From NCBI GenBank assembly GCA_951406725.2, contig OX597825.1, positions 27,466,001 through 27,530,000 of the forward strand: a stretch of 64,000 bases of DNA, in the 5' to 3' direction. The stretch is from Octopus vulgaris. Lineage: Eukaryota. Made by a program: the position numbers and the translations under genes. Under the pieces are notes generated by a model. The model did no database searches. It was not told where the DNA came from and worked only from the letters and a program-made list of their open reading frames with translations. Below, in pieces: positions 56,092-64,000 of this stretch; position 1 is the first letter of the stretch, and the number at the start of each line of letters is the position of its first letter.

Positions 56092-57100
56092 TAATCACCC
56101 TTTAGAAGCCATCATCTCATCTATCAATTCTGTTTGACATCTCAGAATTCCTAATCGTTATTTTTTTTTTTATTCTTGGTCCAACGATTTTTTTTGCTTT
56201 TTTTGGCATCCAACGTTGGCAGTATTGAAATTATATGTGGCCTCTTTATCTCTTATGTCTTAGCATTTAACTGTTTTACTTTATTGCCACACTGCAGTGA
56301 TAAGTGGTTTATTTAATGAATACTCAAATACTTTCACGAGTTTGTTAATCGACTCTGACACACAGCTATGCTAGTGCTCTTCTGCCTATTTGTAGCAATG
56401 ACATTGTCGATATGTAGCCCCCAAACTCTCTACACAACCAAAATATATATTTCATTCAGCCGTATATTTCCAAACGTTTTTCTGCGAAATGTGTATTCCT
56501 TCTTCGAGCATCAACGTCATTTTCCTGTACATGAAAGGCTATAATGTATCTAAGAGACATTTACATTGTTATGGTTTCGTATTAAAAATTGCTATAGGCA
56601 ACAGATTTGTGTCGTCGTAAAACTACAACTGTGAACCGTAACATTTCATAATCAGTAGTTTGAATTAAATATATTTTCAGCAAATTCATTCAATGGTTCA
56701 GTAACAATCATGAAAAAATCCAATTTGTATACCTCCATGTTTCATATGCAAGAATATTTATACATTCTTTCCCGTTTTTGACTCAATAAAGTATGAATAA
56801 CATTTCATCCATATTTTCTGGAAATTGCTGTACTATTTTCGTTTATTCTCAGAGACCTAAGCATCACCAATAGCTTGCTTTAAAATCAAAATTCATCACG
56901 ACTTTTAAGTTTTGCAACACAGATATCTGAAACTGTCCTCTAAAAATACCTATCCATTTTTGCTTCAAATTATCAGCTTGGTTGCCATTTGAGTATCCTT
57001 TTCTGTTTAATGTCTAATCACCCTTTAGAAGCCATCATCCCATCTATCAATTGCGTTTGACATCTCAGAATTCTTGATCGTTTTTTTAATTCTTGGTCCA
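56092..57100. repeat. ~90-bp direct repeat pair (56092-56182 and 57015-57100)
   Basis: TAATCACCCTTTAGAAGCCATCATC.CATCTATCAATT..GTTTGACATCTCAGAATTC..TTCTTGGTCCA present twice. Confidence 0.85.
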
Positions 57101-58578
57101 TATTCACCAGAGAGAATACTTATATGTTAAGCATTTGTATAATTTTATAAGAGAGTTTCTTCCAATATTCATAATTTTTCTCTAACATTTTTATTTAATG
57201 TGATGCGACAAAGATATTTGTAGGTCCTGAACGTTCACATACTGTAAACGTTGTTGTAAATCATTCATAATTTTAGTTAATGCCAAAGACATATATTGGA
57301 CATATCTGTACTGTACAGGACGCCATTCGAAATTATGATAGAGTTAATTAGGACAGAGAGTCAGGTAAATTATACGTAGTTGATAGTTTATAGTCTATTT
57401 TGGTTTAAAATATTATATAGTTGAATCTATTTTCCAGTTGCATTTTCTATATGGTAGGTAAATCGGTTTAATATAGATCGAAAAACCATGTAAATGACGC
57501 AGAAAACGATACAACAAAAGTACGAAGAAAAATTTGTTTAAATATCATTTGAGCTGCAAAGAAATCTCTTGATTTGATCTAATAAAAGCATTTTGAACAT
57601 TTTCCAAGGCTTTACAGGAAATGTATGTAGACAAGCATGAGTAAATAGAGTCCCCATAAAACGTCGTTTATCCTTATTTTAACTTGAATATTTTATATAT
57701 TTTTATTTATTGGTATATTTACGTTTCAGGTTCCATATGTGATTGTTTAATCATGCCACATACGAAAGAAGCCTTGGAACACTTCGAATTTCATAGAGGC
57801 CGTATTGCATTTTTTCACATATGTATATAGATATGTATATATGTATGTATGAGTGTATGTACGTACAAACTGTATTTAATTTTCTCATTTTTATTTAACT
57901 TTTTAGAGAATAGTTTTACGTGAATAAGGTGAACTTAAATATTCGTATTGCAAATTCAGAGCTCCAGCGCTTTATACTTAGCTTAGTATAGATTACTTTA
58001 CTGTTGTAGTGCTCTGTACGTAGAAAACCAAGAACAATTCAGGATGCATATTTGATCCTTGCAACATTTATTTACTATTTCTTTATGCTAAACGAATTTA
58101 CTTTATTGCATTTACTATTATTTACAAAGCCGATTAGCGTTATACGATGAAGACTTATACAGATGTGCTGTGTTGCTTACGTAGGCGTTTACTGTGTTGT
58201 TTAAAATTTTGATGTTCGCAAACATTGTTGATGGTTAATGAGTCAGCATATTGTATCGTCTTCTAGTATATACCGGTTTCAGAAAACGAAAGAGATGCTA
58301 TAATTAGATACGTATGCACAGGATCAATGCTGATATTTAGCGACGGAGGAAAGACTGATTTATAAAGGATTTGTGGACTCACAAGCCTAAATATTTCACT
58401 CCAAAATATGGCGCTCTATCACAATGGGTATAATGTAACGCTGCATCATTCCCAAACCAAATCCAGCGTTGCGTAATACGCGACTCATATATCTTTGGCC
58501 AACATGTCTACCTATTTTCAATATCACCTTATCCTTGAATATATCCGCTAACTTTTGCTTTTTTTTGTTTTGTTGCAG

Positions 58579-58629
58579 ATCCTAGTACTAAGGCGGCAGA
58601 TTATTCTCCTCAACGATGTAATAACGCTG
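58579..58629 (+). other. Candidate 51-nt symmetric (phase 1-1) exon
   Basis: Long polypyrimidine tract plus TTGCAG acceptor, CTG|GTGAGA donor, open frame (D)PSTKAADYSPQRCNNA. Confidence 0.4.
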
Positions 58630-60989
58630 GTGAGAATATATCGATGAGGATATCTTCGTTTCACCGACATAAGGAGAGAAAATACAAGCATTAGAATAGA
58701 GAAAGTTTCCATGGAAGAACTCCCACGCATTATTTCTATTGGCGAAGTATTCCAAGTTTTATAATGGAGAATGGTAGCACCATTGCTGTCACAGACGTTT
58801 TTTGGGGAAGAAAAAGGTAGTAGCTGTTTAGTAGCGGCGGCTATTTCAGCAGGTGTGCCGGATTGCAGAATACCAAGCATATCCAATATTAACATAGATT
58901 CTAAAATGGTTATAGAAAAAGCTAAATCTACTGCCAGTAGGGGTGGAACAACAGCGTCTATAACAAATTGATCGCCATGGTTTAGTTCTTTGTAAGTGCA
59001 GCAATAGTTAGAACATTTGGAAATAAAAAGAAACACACTTAACTGTGCTAAACGGAGGAAATTATCTTAGCTGTGTTACATGGTGTGAGGTAAAATGTGG
59101 AAAAAGACAATTTCCTATATCGATAATCAGAAATGAATATTGATGGATTGAACTGTTACCGCTTGTCATATTAGAGAACGTCATGAAAAAATATCGGTAA
59201 AAAAAAAATCTTTTTTTACGAAAGCTGATATGGAACGGTGGAATGAACCCCCCCCCCCTAACGGCGATGATGAACCAACCTACTGTCCCAGATAAGAACG
59301 AGGAGCTGATTTTTCATATCGGTCATGCATTTATGAATAACAATTGTTATCCCTTCGAGAAAGATCAAATGTAACGTCGAACCGGCAGTTTGAAAGACTA
59401 GGCTATGAAAAATATTTGAGAATTAGTATGTAGTGTTTTTTTAAAAATGGCAAACCTTTTTAAATATGAGTGATGTAACCGAGTATCGGAAGTAACACAA
59501 TTGATTATAGCAGGATATGAAGAAAGGACCATGATGTCCATTGCAGAGAGGCAGTGAATGATGGTGTGTGCAACAGTGAACCAGACATTCAACACAACAA
59601 CAACTCAGAAAACAATAATAGGCTTAACAAGCAGCGATAATAAAGGCTGCAGCAACAGGAACAGAATCCGTCACCACACCAAAATGAACCTCCAGCAAAA
59701 TGCAACCACTCAAAGTTTGAGACTTTTCTGTTATAAATAGAAATTTTGAGCGCATTTATGATCCACAAAGACCATTACAACCAACATAAAAACTATCACA
59801 ACAATAATAACAAAATACATAACCACCAGCACCCCAACATCAAAAGAAACAGCAGGAAAACACAAGCAAAACAACAACCACATATCAGTAACAATACAAA
59901 AAAGATCAAAAGCACCAGCGTCAGCAACCAAACAAAGAAGGAAAGACAAATTAAGCTTTTAAGAGGATCTTTTAACCATCTTTGCTATTACCAACTTTCT
60001 ATGAGCATTTTTTCCCTGACTAGGTTAACTGATGCCTGTCGGTCTCTTTCTTCCAGGCAACACGGCTGCACTTGAGAAGAATATATAAATTTACGTGGGT
60101 TAAATCGGTTTCAATGTATGGTCTCTTGATCATCGTATTCAAATCATTACATATGCATGTAGCAAATATCAGTCAGATAAGGATTTCCAAAATGACGTGC
60201 CAAAACCCCAATTTGTTATATTAGGAAAAAAGAATAGCTACAACAGACTTCGGAAGATGGTAGAAATACAGTGATGTCTCAAGAGAGGATTCCATCAGGA
60301 TGTTTAAGGTATCTTTCCTATGCTTAAAGCCAGCAATTACAGTAAGAACGAGAGAGGAGAAGAGAATAGGCGGCAGCAGCAAAAAACAATGACTTTCAGG
60401 CTATGAGGATACGCTTCTCAGCGCCGTATCTGGCTACTGTGATAAGGCATCATCTTCCGGTATATTAAACTCATTTCCTCCACATTGAATGAAACAGTCA
60501 TTTTCCTCTTGCATGTTAATACTGAAGAGCTATAAAGAACGATGTTGGTTGTTTCGTCTAGGTGTATTTGACGGTTAAATTTAGTGTATTACTTTGTGTT
60601 AAATGATTGGTAGTTTCTGCTATGTATTTCATAATGAATAAAAGTGACATCAAACCCTTCGAATTCTACATGGACTTAATACGAACCAAGGAAACAGTCT
60701 CTACACAGTCGCACTATCTTTCAAGTAAGACAATGAAACCTCTCTTATATAACTCTATACAATCTAATACAAAGGAAGGACACATCTCTTGCAATATATT
60801 TTAACTCCTGGTTGAGAATAGTATAGCTATAAATTTTATACGTAACAGCGAGTGTATTAACACTAACCATCTCAATTTGAGCATTTACTTCAGTTTTCCT
60901 TACCAATTTCTGGCATCCTACGTCTTCCTTCCTAACTGTATTTTAACATGTGCGTGCCGAACATTCTAGTTAATCAGCATCAGAATCAT

Positions 60990-61430
60990 ATATCGACCGC
61001 TCTCAGCAGGTTGAATACTATGGATTATCACTTTGGTTTTCTTTTTACTATCCTAATACATTAACTCTATTTTAAGTCTGTCCAATTATTGATATTCTCC
61101 ATCGACGTAATATTTGGTTTTCTCCTTCTTTTCCAATTCATTTTCCCTTCTATTAACAGTCTTTGTACTCGTTATTTTTTTCCTTTTTTTTACTAATTAA
61201 GTGTCCAAAATATTTTAGTTTTCTCTCTTTGATGGTGTCTAATAAAATTTTCTTAATTTTTTTTCTAATCTCAATACTTCGTCAATGGTTTTGTTTCCAA
61301 ATACATGATATTCTCAAAAGTCAATTTTCTATATGCCCACATCTAAAAGGCTTTTGATCTATTGCGTAATATTTTTGTTAATGACCATCTTTCAGCACCA
61401 TATTGTATAATGGACTATATATAAAACTTT
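60990..61430 (-). mobile_element. RTE-clade LINE 3' relic
   Basis: Minus strand SIIQYGAERWSLTK..AF*MWAYRK..TIKERKLKYFGHL..LLIEGK. Confidence 0.7.
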
Positions 61431-61700
61431 AATCTTTTTTTTTTTTTGCTGTTTAATACGTTTATAAATATTTTAAAAACTTATCTCCGTTTCTTTATGT
61501 TTTCAGCTCAATGACGCTAGGTTTCTGCATTTTCCGAGCAGAATACACTGATGATTTCTTTCATGAACTATGGATCGTATCTCACAGCGCCGCACTTGGC
61601 TTCTTTTTATTTACAACCTACTTTAATCTCATCCATACCATAAACAGTAGGCGTCTGATTGAAAACGCAGGGCTCACACACATACACATACATACATATA

Positions 61701-61784
<84 letters not shown>

Positions 61785-61999
61785 TGTATGTATGTATGTA
61801 TGTATGTATGTATATACACATATATGGATATATACGCATATATCTGCATGAGTTCTGTTCAAAACGTGGTGAAGATTAGGTAGGTAAGAAACCGACAGGA
61901 TATATAGAAATTTTGAAAAATTCATGTAGTCATTGACCAGATATGGTTAGGTGTACTTAACATTAAAGATTCTCTAGTCATGATCAAACACTTTTCCCC

Positions 62000-62400
62000 T
62001 ATCTTATGGTTATAATCTCTTTTACTATAATGGAGATTTATTTGACGAAGGTGTTGTACCCACATGCCTTCTCAGATTCCTCCGCTACACATACAAGTTT
62101 TTTTTCCACTGTCTTAAGACAAATGCTTAAGGGAATGTTAATATTATCAACTTCACCATTTAGTAGGATCTGCACAAGTTATGGGCTTGTTTACACACCA
62201 AGAAAAAACAAATAAAAGTTCAAATTTTCGGCTACTAGTCCACGTCTACCTAATTCAATACACTGTTCTGTATTATATCATCTTTTGGATGGCATTATTT
62301 CACGGCTTTTAGTGTCACTTTTTTTCAGAAAGAGGTTGATGTATTGAGGAACGGTGAACAAAGTTGGAGAGTATAAATAAGAAAGTTGTAGTCGAAAGAA
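62000..62400 (-). mobile_element. Possible RLE-type non-LTR 3' relic
   Basis: Only a weak resemblance to the R2/NeSL C-terminus (..VAEESEKACG..). Confidence 0.25.
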
Positions 62401-62559
62401 TGTAGCTGACATGTAGGACCATCAGAATATTGAAAAAAATGTTGCCTCTACCGTGAGGATTCGCAACGGATACCAAAATGTCAACAAGATTGCTACTAAT
62501 GTTCTGTGAAAACAGTAATGTTGTAAGACGTAACACGGACAGCTGCAACTGGAAATATG

Positions 62560-63512
62560 AAGACGTGGAAATACGAAGCTAATGTTGCGACTGCGTCCGC
62601 ACGCCAGACTTCTTCCTACAACTGTAGGACAAGGAGAAACCTGGCTTTGGCGAGAAAGAGACTGATATTGTGATCACTGCTATGAAACTGGACCTGAATG
62701 AGGGCTTTCGGTACCACTCGCACAAGAGGCGCAAGGATAAAATTCTGACAGCCAAAGTATAGAAAACCGCTTGAGAGAGGCATAGAATTTTCTGAGCAAG
62801 CTAAGGCATCCCGTTGAGCTGCAGATTCTTCTTAGAGAAAAACTCATTTCGCCTGGATCAGTTCCGCAATGATCCACAAAAAGATGTAGCTTGATATAAT
62901 CCATATAATTCTCGTGTATCCTGAAAACGACATTCGCAAAGAAACTGTGAAGGCATCCATATGTCTCCAATGAGGAAGACGCCATGCAGTCTCAAATATT
63001 TTGAATACGGTCTTAGGCTCAATTCAGACGGTTATGAGAAGATGCTGGAGTCTGTGTTAAAACCCTGATTGAATAGGATGCTGCTTGAAGTGCATGTTTT
63101 TGGCAGCAAGATTCAGCAACTTGCTATACCTCTGGAACGTGTCATAGATGGCTTCGGAGAATCTCTAAAACTTCAGTTGCCCCAGTTTCTGACCTCCTAA
63201 TTCCGCAGATTCTCAAAGATTATTGTAGGAGAGATGCACTTGTGAATGGCACCAACCGCTCTGCCAGCAACACTAAAGCCGAGTTGGTTCGAAGATGTTC
63301 CCAGAAACTTAATGAGGAAAACATGCCCCAGGTTCCAGAGCCGTTTTGAGACTGTGGTTGTTGATGAGGGCAACTACATTGAGTAAAATATTATCTCTTA
63401 GCCATATTCTAATAGATGTTTAAAATTTCTTTTTTAAACACGCTTGTTTTGGGATGGGATATTCTGTTTTTGCTTAATGCAAACAGTCAAATTTAGCCCA
63501 AGCACACGCTAT
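62560..63512 (+). mobile_element. Decayed Tc1/mariner-superfamily (DD37D/maT-like) transposon
   Basis: ENRLRE..FLSKLRHP, VSNEEDAMQSQIFEYGLRLNSDGY, WQQDSATCYTS, F*PPNSAD; TIR-like right end; left boundary uncertain. Confidence 0.65.
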
Positions 63513-64000
63513 AAGTTATATAAATACGTGTATCTGGAAAATTCATATATATGTAGCAGGTATATTTGGCAATGACCTAAACACCAATTCCATGCCTAGG
63601 AATCGGACCAGAATCATCGAGCCCAGGCACTAATAACTAAATAGAAGAAACAGGATTCTCTAGAAGATTCTTGACGCCAGCAAAGAACTGACCTATCAAA
63701 CGTCAGGTGGAATCATGAAGCACTTGCTTTTATTAAGAGATGGAATGACCAGGAAAACCAATAGAGGATGTTTATCACATTAAATGCTGGGTGTTGTGAA
63801 CAAAAATACTTTTAACAAATAACTTGTATCTTTGCTACTAATAATTTCGTCCTTGGCGCATTTTCTTTCCCAGACATTAACTGTTTATAGTTATCAGTTA
63901 AATATCTAAAGGTGACAGCCCTTTCAAAACCAATGGTGACAGCGATATATATCATTCAACATTGACTGCAATTACTACACAGCCAGTGGTTATGATACAG

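Noticed and set aside
58548-59036. 162-aa minus-strand ORF and plus-strand AAAISAGVPD motif (tyrosine recombinase or helicase-like)
   Set aside because: No HxxR, GRW or Walker A motif; resemblance too short to support a call
59400-59960. Asn/Gln/Thr-rich ORFs
   Set aside because: A/C-rich low complexity with stops; possibly a LINE ORF1 5' relic but not assignable

Overview
AT-rich, microsatellite-dense eukaryotic DNA, most likely octopus/cephalopod (inferred from the SINE types and the (TA)n/(GATA)n/(TAA)n load). Most long entries in the ORF track are microsatellite artefacts, and I could not identify a complete host gene. The window is a patchwork of transposable elements. These include two Dong/R4-type RLE non-LTR copies in a (TAA)n tract, a decayed Tx1/L1-like LINE, a Neptune-type Penelope-like element (PLE) with an open RT/GIY-YIG frame, an older PLE relic, several Tc1/mariner relics, two copies of a MITE with 8-bp TSDs and internal TTAGGG repeats, and two abundant tRNA-derived SINE families. 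The main hidden signal is nine near-complete minimal type I hammerhead ribozyme (HHR) motifs in at least five PLE-derived repeat families. Two have a fully canonical core, and others share family-specific core variants. Several lie at or near the axis of long inverted repeats, and one sits downstream of a tRNA-like Pol III head. There is also a candidate first coding exon and promoter on the minus strand at about 14.9 kb, and a few candidate plus-strand exons. Coordinates were read by eye, so boundaries of decayed elements are approximate.
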